Part shown: positions 1 to 12,598 of the stretch, in pieces
Layout: each line of letters opens with the position of its first letter
Numbering within the stretch: the first letter of the stretch is position 1
Assembly: GCA_009914755.4 (NCBI GenBank)
Contig: CP068257.2
Coordinates: forward strand, 17,888,001-17,952,000
Length of the DNA: 64,000 nucleotides
Reading direction: 5' to 3'
Source of the DNA: the human T2T-CHM13v2.0 reference genome, Homo sapiens
Program-made: the position numbers and the translations under genes
Notes under the pieces: generated by a model
The model's database searches: none
What the model saw: only the letters and a program-made list of their open reading frames with translations
Told to the model about the DNA's origin: nothing

Positions 1-480
1 TACCAGAGACAAATGAGAGTTCCAGCCAGCATTTGGTGCTGCCAGTTGTCAATTTTATGTCAATACATAAAATCAGTATGTATTTTAAGAGCCACCAAAA
101 TGTTTTGGATATTGACCATTCTAATAGGTACATAATGGTAGTTCATTGTTGCCTTAATTTGCATTTTCCTCATGGAGCAACTTTTCATCTACTTTTCCAT
201 CTTTATATTTTCTTTGGTGAGGTGTCCATTAAGGTTTTTTAAAGTGTTCTTTGTATATTTTGGATATCTGTGTTTTATCAAACAATGTATTCTGCAAATA
301 TTTTCTCCCAGCTTGTAGGTTGTCTATTTACTTTATTAACAGTATGTTTTACAGAGAAAACATTTTTGATTATAATGAAGTCAAGTTTATTAATATCTTT
401 CACTGAGTATACCTTATCTGGTCTTGTATCTTAAAAGTCATTGCCAAACTCGAGGTCATCTAGATTTTCTACTAAGCAAT
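1..480 (-). mobile_element. LINE-1 fragment (ORF2 C-terminal region, antisense), extends beyond window start
   Basis: + strand reads as the reverse complement of the L1 ORF2 3' region (…tttgcattttcc…ttctttggtgaggtgtc…caaatattttctcccag…ttgccaaac.cgaggtcatctagattttc…), colinear with L1 consensus. Confidence 0.7.
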
Positions 481-3400
481 GTTTTTCAATAAGTAAGAAA
501 TTAAACACAGTCAAAAAATTTCTAAATTTTATTTAATATTAATTGACTAAACTTAAAATGAGTATTAAAAAATAATGATTACATTTTTGTTATTCTGCTG
601 CAACCCTATATGGACATATTTCATAGAGTTTAATCAATTTTCACGTGTCACACTGGGTGAGAATTTCTTAAAATTGTACATTCCTAAGAGTTTTATCTTA
701 GCCTAGCCTACAAGGAAGAATCAGCATGCGGTACGTGAATTTAAGTATAGTATTATGAGGAAGTAAAGGTAACACACTTCAACTGGTTACCAAGCAAATT
801 CTTCAAAATTTCTACTTAGCTGTTGGTGTTACTGAACACTTTCAGAAGTTTGCCACAACTTCTGTCGCTTTCACGCGGAGCGCAAAAGAAGTTGAGACAA
901 ACAAAAGTAAGTGTTAGTTTCAGTTGAGAAAGACTCACGAGTAAGTCTCATGTCATTTATTACCTCTGATTGAATAGCCCTATGGGTGATGAACAAGGTT
1001 GCCAGGTCATCCACCTCAGATAATAAGAACAGAAAGCAAACACTATGAAAAGATTTTGTTTTGTTCATAGTTTCAGATTTCTGTTATATACAGTCAACAT
1101 GTTTTAAAGACGGTTTACTAATTTCTTAAAGAATGAATATGTGCAAATGAAGATCAATGAACATCTAAATCATGTTTCAAAAAGAGACAGTAATACTGGC
1201 CAATTGCCAGCTGCTTCTATCCATCCCTCCAGTTACTACGACAGGTAAAAATGGAGATGATAAATAATGCTCCTTCAGGAAAAAGGTGGCAAATTTGGTT
1301 GATGGGGTAAATGCCCCATTTGCTTCTTTCTTTGTTCATTGCATTTGAATTTTTTAAAAAAAAACTCCTTTATTTAATTTTTTTAGAAAACCTGGTCTTA
1401 GGTGCCCACTTAAGTTCATATGAGAAGGGTTTGGAAGATTGAGATAAATGGTTGCATTTCAGCTTTATTCCTCTATCCATTGTCTCTACAGGAATAGACA
1501 ATGTACCAATGAGACAATAATTTGCTTGGTGGAAATACTGCATTACATCCTCTCATATGCTTTTCATGTGTACACCAAACCTGCTTTTCTGGAAATAGTA
1601 ATCCTTCCCTGAAAGCAAGACAGAGACTGCCTGGAGGAAGGATGCAAAGATAAGAGAAGAGCTTCAAACTTGTTTAGCTGTCAACTTCTGTTCTCAATCT
1701 TGATGTGTTATTACTTCCCCTCAAGTTCTCTCAGCTGTTTCCTAGAGATTGAACATCTCCTCCCTACCACGTGCTGCTAAGAAACTCTCTTATTTGCTTG
1801 ATTGCTACTGTCATTGTTATCATCATTTGTCTGAGGAAACATTATGGTCTTTGCCATGCTCTAAAGAAAATTAATTTGTTCTTTTCATAAGGCAGTGAAT
1901 AATTACTTTTTATTTTAAGATTATGATCTAATATTAATCACTCTCATTTCCTAGACTTCTGCTACGTAATGGCTGCCCTTGAATTTTTTTTCAAAAGTTT
2001 GTACAGTGAGGAATCCTTTCCTCCCTCAGTACCTCTATCTCCTCTTAATTTTTAGAGGAGTACCCCAGAGAGGTTCATCCACAGCCAAACACAGAAGACA
2101 ATGCCTAGGTATAGTTGACTCACAGCCTTGATGAAATGCTGCATTCTTTAATACCTTAGATAAATGACACTGAAGTTGTTATCCAATAATATATTTTTTC
2201 AGAGCATGGACATATCAACATCTTTTATCTCTCCAATCAAAATCTTTACAAATGACAAGCATGCAAAACTCCTCATGATACAGAATAAGATGTAAAAACT
2301 GAAAAACTTCTCATGATTTAATTCCTTCTGATTGATATAATATACACAAATCATTTCTTGAGAATGACTTGGGTACTGATGTATCATGGTATGCTAGGAA
2401 CAGTCATCAAGTCTATCACTTTCCCAGATGAATAAATGATGCTCACATGGCAGACGGCAATGTGTTCTTGACCAGTCAAGCAAGGTTTTCCAAAGATCCC
2501 CTATGACACCTTCTTCTTACAACCTCCTTACTCCTCAGACCTTAGATTGGCATTCTAACAATTCCTGATTTATATTTCCATAAGGAAGGAAGCCCTAACT
2601 CAGATATTGAGTAGGAGCAAGGAATGATCATTCTTTTTTGCCTATCATTCTATAGCAATCCATAAACCTCAGTTTCTTTTTTCTTAACCTAAAAGAGTTT
2701 AGTTTCATTACTGCTGGTGTGGAACACACATTTGTTACCATGACCCAGACTTTTCTTGAGTTATAATTACTTCTATGTGATCCCTACATTGGTCTGAATG
2801 CTTTCCCGAAGGATTCTTTAAAACAATATAAAACACATTCTCAAAAAGTGTTATCATTAGCTTTCTTATAGGTTTAATCAATGTATAATTTTTCCATGCA
2901 TACATTAGAATCTATACTTGGGTATTGTAAAATATTTCTATTGTAATATTTTTGTGCAACATAATGCATATTTAAAATGCACTAAGCACCTGCTTTATAG
3001 AAAAGTGCTCAAGTTGGAAAATAAGAAAATAAGAAAACCCAATGATATTTAAAGATGAAAATATAAGTGATCTATTCTACTTTCATTTGAGTCCTTGTTT
3101 TTAAAATAGGTAAATTAAGACTAGTAAATTTAAAAATGTTATTATTAAAAAGACAGTAAAACATACAGTCAAATAGTTTTAGGCTTCAGAAAATAGTTTT
3201 TTAGAATTGGAATAATCTTCAATGGTCCCAAATATGTCTTGAATCATATGGGAATAGCAACTAGGTTTGTTAGTGCTTTATCCATGGTCAATCACTAAAA
3301 GAAAGAAACTGTAACTGAGTTTATCGAGGTCTTATAAAGATTTATCCAACTATAGGAATAATCCTTCAATAAATGAATAGCATTACCAATTATAGTCTGT

Positions 3401-3760
3401 AAAAAAGGAATTGTCCTTGGACTTATTTTAAGCAAATGCTTATCTCTAGAAAGTCTATTGGGAGAACAGTCTTGTTACCATGCATCATTAGGCAATTGGC
3501 AGTGTGCATGTCAGCAGATTACAGAATTATGGCTCCCAGTGGTCTAACCAGTTTTCTTCAAGAATGCTACTAAAATCAATATCAACAAGGAACAGGATCC
3601 AGATTTTTTAAGGGCTGACAACAGCTAATCTATGTTGTGAGACATCTCCCCAGTCTGTGTTCAGGCAGCATGTGCTCTAAAGTTTGAAGAAACGGAGCCA
3701 ATAGAAGCCTAGGCAGAAGTCATATACAATGGAAAAAGGAAAAACAAAATGTTAAGACTT

Positions 3761-4045
3761 GGCTCACGCCTGTAATCCCAGAACTTTGGGAGGCCGAGGG
3801 GGACAGATCACGAGGTTAAGAGTTTGAGACCAGGCTGGCCAACACAGTGAAATCCCATCTCTACTAAAAATACAAAAAATTAGTCGGGAGTGGTGGTGGG
3901 CGCCTGTAATCTCAGCTATTCAGGAGGCTCAGGCAGGAGAATCGCTTGAACCCAGGAGGCAGAGGTTGCAGTGAGCTGAGATCAAGCCATTGCGCTGCAG
4001 TCTGGGCAACAGTGCAAGACTCCAACTCAAAAAAAAAAAAAAAAC
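3761..4045 (+). mobile_element. Alu SINE (5'-truncated by ~13 nt), A tail at 4029-4045
   Basis: ggctcacgcctgtaatcccag…gcctgtaatctcagctattcaggaggctcaggcaggagaatcgcttgaacccaggaggcagaggttgcagtgagctgagatc…; ends in an A run. Confidence 0.9.
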
Positions 4046-5462
4046 TTGGAATTAAAACAATGCCATGTGGTACACTGTATCTAGAGTTTATTTGGATATT
4101 GTTTTAAATACTCAATGAAGTTTATATTTTTATAGGTATTAAAAAGTGACTTTTTTTTGACTTAGAAAAAATACCTTTATGTATTTTAAGAGCCACTAAA
4201 ATGCAAAATCCAATTGCTTGCTCAATTTGGAACCTAAAAGTTCCAAACTGGAGTTAGAAGAAAGGGAATTAGAACACCTCTCTTTCAAGGTCTTGAGCCT
4301 ATTCAAAAAAGACTCAATATGACAGTCTGGTAGTATGGGAAACACTCTTGGTGTCTGCTGCTCTGGTCTTATGCCTAAAACTCTACCTGCATTATCTTCA
4401 GATAACTTAGATAGAACTACTTTCTTTGAATGATTAAAGGTCTTTTAATTTTAAATACTGTGTAAAACATTAAGAAAATAAACTTGAAGTTATGTAGAAT
4501 GAAAAAGGCTAGAGGTTTGATATACAGCATGAAGACTATAGTTAATACTGTACTGTATACTGAAAATCTGTTAACAGAGTATATTTTATGTGCTCTGAAC
4601 ATACACACACACACAAGCAACTATGGATCATGATGCGCAAATTAATTTGCTTTACTATAGTATTAATTTCATTATATTTATGTATATTAAAACAGCATGT
4701 TGTACATGTTAAACGTATTCAATGATAAAGAAAATGGAAATCATCGCCTTTGTATTTGAGATTTAAAAAAGAAACTTTGCATATGTGACATTTTGTATTC
4801 TTATAATGTTAAGAGAATTGTGGCCCTGAAACTGCAATACATAGTTCCCATTTACAGGTTCAATTGCAGAATTGATTTAAACTTAGGATTTTAGATTAAG
4901 CTCTTTCTAAACTTGTTGATACAATTATAACATTATTGAGAAAATAAAGTCTACCATATTTAGTCACAAAACTTTCTTGCTTAAAAATAAAATCACATAT
5001 ATTGTTTATAGTGCTTATTAGAATGTGTGAAGGTATTAAGTCTGCAGATGGATAAAACTACTCCAAAACCTCTCAAAAATGACTGATTCAATTCAATAGA
5101 TTAAAAACAGAATTAAATAAATGTTTTTATTTATAAATTTAAAAATTATAATACAATTGTTCATACAAAAAATAAATATTTCTTAGGTCTATTTTGCATG
5201 CAGAAATTATTCTTAAGTCGGTATTTTATTTAATTATTATTTTATATTTTTACAGACTTGCCTTCAGAGTTCTGTAGGTATTTTAAAAACTCATATCATC
5301 AAGGGAAAGGTACATAATTTGGTGCATGTTTCTGTGCTGAAGGTGTTCTTTTTACAAATCAAATATCAGGTTTCTGGCGTCTAATCAGCTTTCTGATATC
5401 AGGTAATAGAAATGAATTGGCAGTTATATCAGGATCTGGGAAAAGTGAGTATCTCTAAACAT

Positions 5463-5546
5463 ATAACACCCCCACACACCTACCCACCCCATATCCACGC
5501 ACATCCCCCAACACACACACATACACACACACACACACACACAACC
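5463..5546. repeat. (CA)n / C+A-rich microsatellite
   Basis: cacacacctacccacccc…acacacacacatacacacacacacacacacacaacc. Confidence 0.9.
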
Positions 5547-5572
5547 TATTTGTGAGACTTAAAAACATCTCT

Positions 5573-5921
<349 letters not shown>

Positions 5922-7163
5922 CTATATCTGTAAACATATCTGCTATTATTATTTCTGGTTAAATGAAAGTGAAATATAAACCAGATGAAAAAATCATCTA
6001 AAGAAGATATCTTTAATAACTAAAACATATATCTTAAACGACTTAATTGCCGCGTTTTTGGGGTTTGAAAATAGATATTCAACAGAAATATTTATTGATA
6101 ATTTATCTTTTATTTTTATTTGCAAATCGCTAAGTCTTTTATCCAAATAACATAAAGGCTCTAATTCAAAATATTTGTATGTATTTTAAAAATATTTTAA
6201 TATAGAAAAAAGCTCAGAAAGATAATTTTATAACTATGCTGCAAAACACTGTTTTTATATATCCTTGTATTTTTCATGTGTTTTTCTTAATTTAAAATGT
6301 TCATGAGATAATATTTGGAATATTCCACACTATCCAAAGAGAAGAATAAGACAAAAGCTATAATAAAAATGTTATGTTATGTTTGAATAAGCCAAGCATA
6401 AAAAATAGGTTCCGTATATTGTTCAGATTTTTGTCAGTTATAAACTAAAAATAGTTTAATCTAAAACTTTAAATATTATCTACTTAAAAATTAAAATAAA
6501 ACATAATGTGGTATTTCTATGATTTTTGCAGAGTAATTTTTAGACATTAGCTATATTTTTAAGGTAATAATCCTCTTAAAAATGACTAATTAATGTAGCT
6601 GAGTTGATTTTCCTAATTTTTACTTCAAACTTCTTATTTTTTAGGTTAGTGCACTGATATATTCTTTTTCATTGTATTTTTTAAATTCATAAAAATATAT
6701 TTTATACTATGCTGCCAATTTGATAAAAGGAATGATTGAAAAATTCATTTACAACTTATGCAAACCAATAAGTAACAGGTGGCTGGTAATTACTGATTTT
6801 TTATACATTTATTCTTTTTTCTGCACATGCAAATATAAAATAGAATTTCCTATCAAGCAAGGATTTCTCCTTGGGTTCTTCTGTCCAACATGGGAATTAG
6901 TGCCCAATAGTACCAGATAGTAGAATAGTTAAACAGGAAATAACCTAGATAAGATGACATTAAAACTCTTTCTTCTTTCTTCTCGCCTTTTGAAAAGGCT
7001 TTCATGTTAAATCAAAACAAAATATACCTCAACAAAAACAAAATAAAACAAAATAAAAGCATACCCAACATAGCAAATAGTGCAGTACAATAATTTATGG
7101 ATATCCTGTCCATACCAATTCATTGTGAATTCTTACTCATAAAGAAATTACTTTTAAGCTTTT

Positions 7164-7340
7164 ATGTATATACATGTATATATATATATGCACACATATA
7201 TATGTGTGTATATATATACACACACATATGTACACTACTGCTTATTAGTTAATAAGCAGTGCTTATACATTACTTATAATGCATTAGTTATTAGTGCTTA
7301 TACATTACTGCTATGTATGTATATATATGCACTACTGTTT
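7164..7340. repeat. TA/TG/CA-rich simple repeat plus a short duplicated AT-rich motif
   Basis: tatgtatatacatgtatatatatatatgcacacatatatatgtgtgtatatatatacacacacatatg, then twice '…tattag…agtgcttatacattac…'. Confidence 0.8.
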
Positions 7341-8257
7341 ATTAGCATTAAGATATATATTTTCTATAGGGTTTAAATCTGTAAAACTCAAAACGCTATA
7401 CAGGCATTATCATATTGATTCGGCACCATAATTTTGATACATGAAAGGCAGGTTTTTTCCCCATACTATTGACGAAGAAACGAAAGTACAAACCAGTTGT
7501 TTTGTCCAATAGACTAAAGAAATAAATTAGAAAGTCTCACCATAACTTGTTCCCTCTGCAAACTTCATCTAGATAAGCTAATACTTGCAAATACCAGTTA
7601 TTCATTTTAATGTATCCAACCAGCACCATGTACTGTACATGATCCATCTTATTAAACTTAACAAAAATCACATGAGGAAATATCCATTTTAGTGATGAGA
7701 TGCTGAATACTAAGGAGTGAAATTTGTCCCCAAAGGTCAATAGTGGCAGTAAGTGGAAAAGCCATGACTCAAAACAGGCATTCCAATGTCAAACCCTATT
7801 CACTTACTTAAGCCCCTGGATGCCTATTAGGGATGGAATTATGTCCCCGCAAAATGCATAGATTAAAGCTTTACCTCCAATGTGACTGTATTTGGAGATA
7901 GGGCTTTTCAGGAGGTAATTATGGTTCAATGAGATCATAATGACTCTAATTCAATAAGACCGGTGTCCTTATCAGAAGAAGAAGCAGCACACCAGGGGAT
8001 GATAAGGCCATATGAAGACAGAGTGAGAAAACAGCCATCTGCAAGTTAGAGAAGCCTCACCGGAAACACTTCTGTTAGTGCCTTGATCTTGGACTTCCAG
8101 CCTCCAGAACTGTGAGAAAATAACTTTCTGATGTTTAAGCCACTCAGTCCCTGGTATTCTGTTACAGAAGCCAGAAAGGACCACTTCACTGGTATCTAGT
8201 TCAGTGATTTGTTCCCAGGCCTGATTTTGGTCCTCCCCATGCTGTCTTTAAGATGTG

Positions 8258-8768
8258 TATTTTTTTTTTTATACTTTAAGTTCTAGGGTACATGTGCTCA
8301 ACGTGCAGGTTTGTTAACATATGTATACATTGTGCCATGTTGGTGTGCTGCACCCGTTAACTCGTCATTTACATTAGGTATTTCTCCTAGGGCTATCCCT
8401 CCCCCTTCCCCCTACCCCACAACAGGCCCCGGTGTGTGATGGTCCCCACCCTGTGTCCAGGTGTTCTCATTGTTCAATTCCCACCTGTGAGTGAGAACAT
8501 CTGGTGTTTGGTTTTCTGTCCTTGTGATAGTTTGCTCAGAATGATGGTTTCCAGCTTCATCCATGTCCCCTACAAAGGACATGAACTCATCCTTTTTTAT
8601 GGCTGCATAGTATTCCATGGTGCATATGTGCCACATTTTCTTAATCCAGTCTATCATTGATGGACATTTGGGTTGGCTCCAAGTCTTTGCTATTGTGAAT
8701 AGTGCCGCAATAAACATACGTGTGCATGTGTCTTTATAGCAACATGATTTATAATCCTTTGGGTATAT
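8258..8768 (-). mobile_element. 5'-truncated LINE-1 3' end (ORF2 C-terminus + 3'UTR + poly-A read as poly-T), L1PA-like
   Basis: poly-T 8258-8271, then the reverse complement of the L1 3'UTR/ORF2 end (tactttaagttctagggtacatgtgc…cccacaacaggccccggtgtgtgatg…ttcaattcccacctgtgagtgagaacat…aataaacatacgtgtgcatgtgtctttatagc). Flanking direct repeat atgtgtatt at 8249-8257 and 8771-8779. Confidence 0.9.
8412..8717 (-). pseudogene. remnant of L1 ORF2 C-terminus (track ORF, 101 aa)
   Basis: Translation MFIAALFTIAKTWSQPKCPSMIDWIKKMWHICTMEYYAAIKKDEFMSFVG… matches the L1 ORF2p C-terminal consensus (…MFIAALFTIAKTWNQPKCP.MIDWIKKMWHIYTMEYYAAIK.DEFMSFVGTWMKLE…). Confidence 0.85.
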
Positions 8769-9343
8769 GTGTATTCTTAAAGAAAACAGTTGTGTTCATA
8801 CTTCCTGTTCCTTCTCCTTTTTTTTTTAATTACTGTAAGTGAAGGAAATATTTGAAGGCTGTTAATGATTTGTGCTTTTGTAATCAGGGGTGAAGAAACT
8901 TTTATTTTTTGCTCATTGAACCTGAAAGGACTTATGCTACAAATGACATGATTTCCTTTAGTTATCTGTGTCTCTACCCCACATGTTATGTATCAAGTGT
9001 CTTCCTTACTGCTGGTCATGTCTCAAAGAGCAGTATTAGTAGCAGCAGTTGTCACAAAAAAACATATTGACAATGGAACAAGCCACCAGAAAATAATGGC
9101 TTGAGCCAAAGATTGTAGTAGTGGCTACATTGTTACTATTAATTTTGTAAATATTTAATTTGCTCACAATTTCAAGTAACACTTACGTTTCAACTCCTCT
9201 ACCCAGCCATACGTATCTCTGTGTGTTTCTGACTGTATACATGTGTGTGTTTGTTTGCATACACATTCTTGAATTGACATTAATATCTTTGAAGATTTCT
9301 CTAAGGGACTGAGGAGGGTGAAGTAACATGAGCTTGATTTCTT

Positions 9344-9607
9344 CTTTATATATATATATATATATATATATTTTTTTTATTATACTTTAAGTTCTAGGGT
9401 ACCTGTGCACAACATGCAGGTTTGCTACATATGTATACATGTGCCATGTTGGTGTGCTGTACCTACCAACTCATCATTTACATTAAGTATATCTCCTAAT
9501 GGTATCCCTCCCCACTCCCCCCACCCCACAACAGGCCCCGGTGTGTGATGTTCCCCTTCCTGTGTCCAAGTGTTCTCATTGTTCAATTCCGACCCATGAG
9601 TGAGTGA
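9344..9607 (-). mobile_element. short 5'-truncated LINE-1 3' end with (TA)n/T tail
   Basis: (TA)n 9347-9370 + T run, then the reverse complement of the L1 3'UTR (tactttaagttctagggtacctgtgcacaacatgcagg…cccacaacaggccccggtgtgtgatgttcccc…ttcaattccgacccatgagtgagtgag). Flanked by a 13-nt direct repeat agcttgatttctt (9331-9343 and 9622-9634). Confidence 0.9.
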
Positions 9608-12299
9608 GCTTGATTTCAGCCAGCTTGATTTCTTTAGATCCTCAGAAAGCCATTCTAAATTTTATATCTCTGAGCAGCTCAATGTACAATCATAAGATTA
9701 ATGTGCTGCTGTTCTCAGGACCCTTCTAGTGAGACTGACTCTCTGGATGCATATTATTTATGGATTTTATGTTACCTTCTAAAATGAGCATGAGAGAGAA
9801 AGAACTTGTGAACTTGCAAACTGAAATCAATACAGATAATAACCTCTCACACAGAAAAGGTTGGGATGTCTCTGTTTATTTCATAAATATTCTTGTGGAT
9901 TAGACATACTCCTCGGTAAATGCTTCATGCTTTCTTTGTGCTTCTTCCTTCTTTTTCTGTTTCTCCTCCACTATACCTCATTTTCTTGCTTGGTTTTTCT
10001 ATCTCCCACACAGAAAATTCATGTTGGATTTCATATTATTACTTGACCCAATAAAGTCACTGAAACAGACACAGAAGGAGTCAGGAACCCATTTATTTCA
10101 CAGTGTGATAGATCAATATTCAGAAGAGAGCAATAATAGCGTATATGAAATACATTTTTTTCAAGTGTGCTCATTAAATGAAAGATTTCCCTCCTAAGAA
10201 TATCCTGTTTAGGGTTTTGTAAAATAGTATTATGTGAACTTATATCTAGAGGGATATTTGTAAACATTTAAAAAACTCACTGCTCTCCTAGAGCATAATT
10301 CACTATAAACTGCGCTTTTAAGAAACCATTCAAAAAAATTGGGTAACGGAATACATTTCTTTGACTCACCCTGTGTCTATATTAGAGTGAGACTATATTC
10401 TTAAATAGAAGACATATTTAACTACTATAAATGTTCTGTATAAATTATGACTTTGCTTAAGATAAGACACAAAAGAAACCTTAATGCTTCTTCCTTTATG
10501 GCCTAAACCATAAAGAACATAAAATCTATTCTGACAATTTTATTAGCCACATATTTTTCCTTCTATCAAACTAAATAGTTGTATTAAATCTACACAGAAT
10601 CTAAATGTTTATGTGTTAACTTACTCAGCCTTTTCTGCATCTGTTTTAATTCCTAGGGCATTTTCTCCACATGGTAATCAGAGAAGTACTGTTTCCAGAA
10701 AATAATGGAAACTTCAGAATTAACTGATTTGCACTTTCTAATGGGCATGGATGGGGATAGTGACTAATTAGCAGTGTGATCCATCATTCTAAGCAATTCT
10801 ACCTCAAGAACAGTGATATCTGATCACCCCAGTCTATCAGAGAAGTAGAGAAGTTCTAAACGTGTTGCTAATTACCCTGATGAATTAGTGGATGGAATCT
10901 CCCCCTCCCCGTGTTTCATATTTTCTTGGTATTATGATAGAGCAATGCTGGTGATCATGAGTGGCTTTTAGAAGGAGTGGAAATTTATTACATAGCCAGT
11001 TTTGATATGCAAAACAATTCAATTAGGGCAAATAAATTCTCCAACATTTCATACTATGTAGGAGACAATGATAATTGTATTGTTGGGTTCTCCATCTGTA
11101 CAACTATTAGTATTACTACAAAATGTTTAACCACCTGTGACCCATTAATTGGACAGTGCTACACAATATGCTTTTCTTTATTTAAAACTATAATTTTAAC
11201 ATAATTTAAAAATTTTATGAGTATAGAGATCATCTTCAGTTTCTTTAAAATAATGCTGGTTATATTATTATCAGAAGGTTGAATATTAAACCAGAAGATA
11301 CAAAATCTTTTCTTTTTGACCTTTTCTCTTAACCACCATTTAGATTTAATTTCTGCATTTCATTTTCACTCTCATTGTCACAAGTTTTATTTGGCTTATT
11401 GTTATGAGTCTCAGGTTAAATTAATTACGCCTATGAGTTCTAATTTTCACATGCCTTTAATTAAATGTGTTTTAATGGTAGTACCATAAATTTATTTTAT
11501 TTTTTCATTAACATATAGAAAATAATTTCTATTTGTGGCCTTAAGTACAATGTGAAACCAAAAATAAGTCTGCACTAAACATGAGATATGTATATCTTTG
11601 ATTGTAGTTTATTTTATGAAAGGCTTTTCAATGTTTAGCATCGCTGTTTATATCCATGATTGTCCCGAAGGTTGGATCCAAAGTTTATGGGGCAAGAGTG
11701 GGGGTGGGGCTGGTCATGAATGGCTCCTTACATTCATTGTCAGTAATAGTAGTAGATGCTTTCTGTTGTATAAATTTGAAAGTATTCAAATCTATTCTCA
11801 GTTTACCCTATCAATATGTAAAATATCAAGAACTTTTTTATGTTTCTTTAGTTTTAGGGATAAAACATACTTTCTTTTATATTTATTTAGAACTCCAATT
11901 TGTGGCATGAAGGGAAAAATGCTTCAATGTGAATTTGTGCCAGCTGACTAACATGAGAATTGTATTACTTATAATTAAACAAATTACTAGTGAAATATAG
12001 TTTCATTAATTTTTCTTATAGTAGAAACCAAATGCAGGATAAATATAAATATTTAAAATATTGACATGCAAAAGAGAGAATTCTGCAAGGCAATAAAGTA
12101 AGGCATGTGAAAATTGCAAGTATCAAAAAATATCTATATGATTATAAATGAAAAGAATCAATTAAAGGGGTTACTTTTTCCCATGATGTAATGGGAAAGC
12201 TTGCAGAGAAAAAGGAAAACTTAAAAGAGAAAAACATACATGATAAAAGACGGTGTGTACCGGGTGTTTTCATCTAGTGAATTATAAAGCGTACTAATA

Positions 12300-12598
12300 C
12301 AATCTAATGCAGGAACAGAAAACCAAACATGGCATGTTCTCACTTGTAAGTGGGAGCTGAACGATGAGAACACATGGACACATGGAGGGGAGCAACACAC
12401 ACTGGGGCCTATTGCGGCAGAGGGGAAGGAGAGCATCAGGAAGAATAGCTAATGGATGTTGGGCTTAGTATCTAGGTGATAGGATGATCTGTGCAGCAAA
12501 TCACCATGGCACATGTTTACCTAGGTAACAAACCTGCATATCCTGCACACATACCTTGAAACTTCAACTAAGAGTTGAAGAGAAAAAAAAATAAAGTT
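12300..12598 (+). mobile_element. LINE-1 3' end fragment (end of ORF2 + 3'UTR), older L1 family
   Basis: …gaaaaccaaacatggcatgttctcacttgtaagtgggagctgaacgatgagaacacatggacacatggaggggagcaacacacactggggcc…acctaggtaacaaacctgcatatcctgcacacataccttgaaacttcaa… then an A run; colinear with the L1 3' consensus. Confidence 0.85.

Noticed and set aside
79-4205. 27-nt near-identical motif (g/t)tatgtattttaagagccac(c/t)aaaatg at 79-105 and 4180-4205
   Set aside because: The first copy lies inside an antisense L1 ORF2 fragment. The second is probably a small unannotated L1-derived fragment next to the Alu at 3761-4045, so this is most likely shared L1 ancestry and not a functional element.
11598-11951. 117-aa ORF in unique sequence
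   Set aside because: It has no recognisable domain, is low-complexity and AT-rich, has no splice or start context, and is typical chance ORF length for AT-rich DNA.
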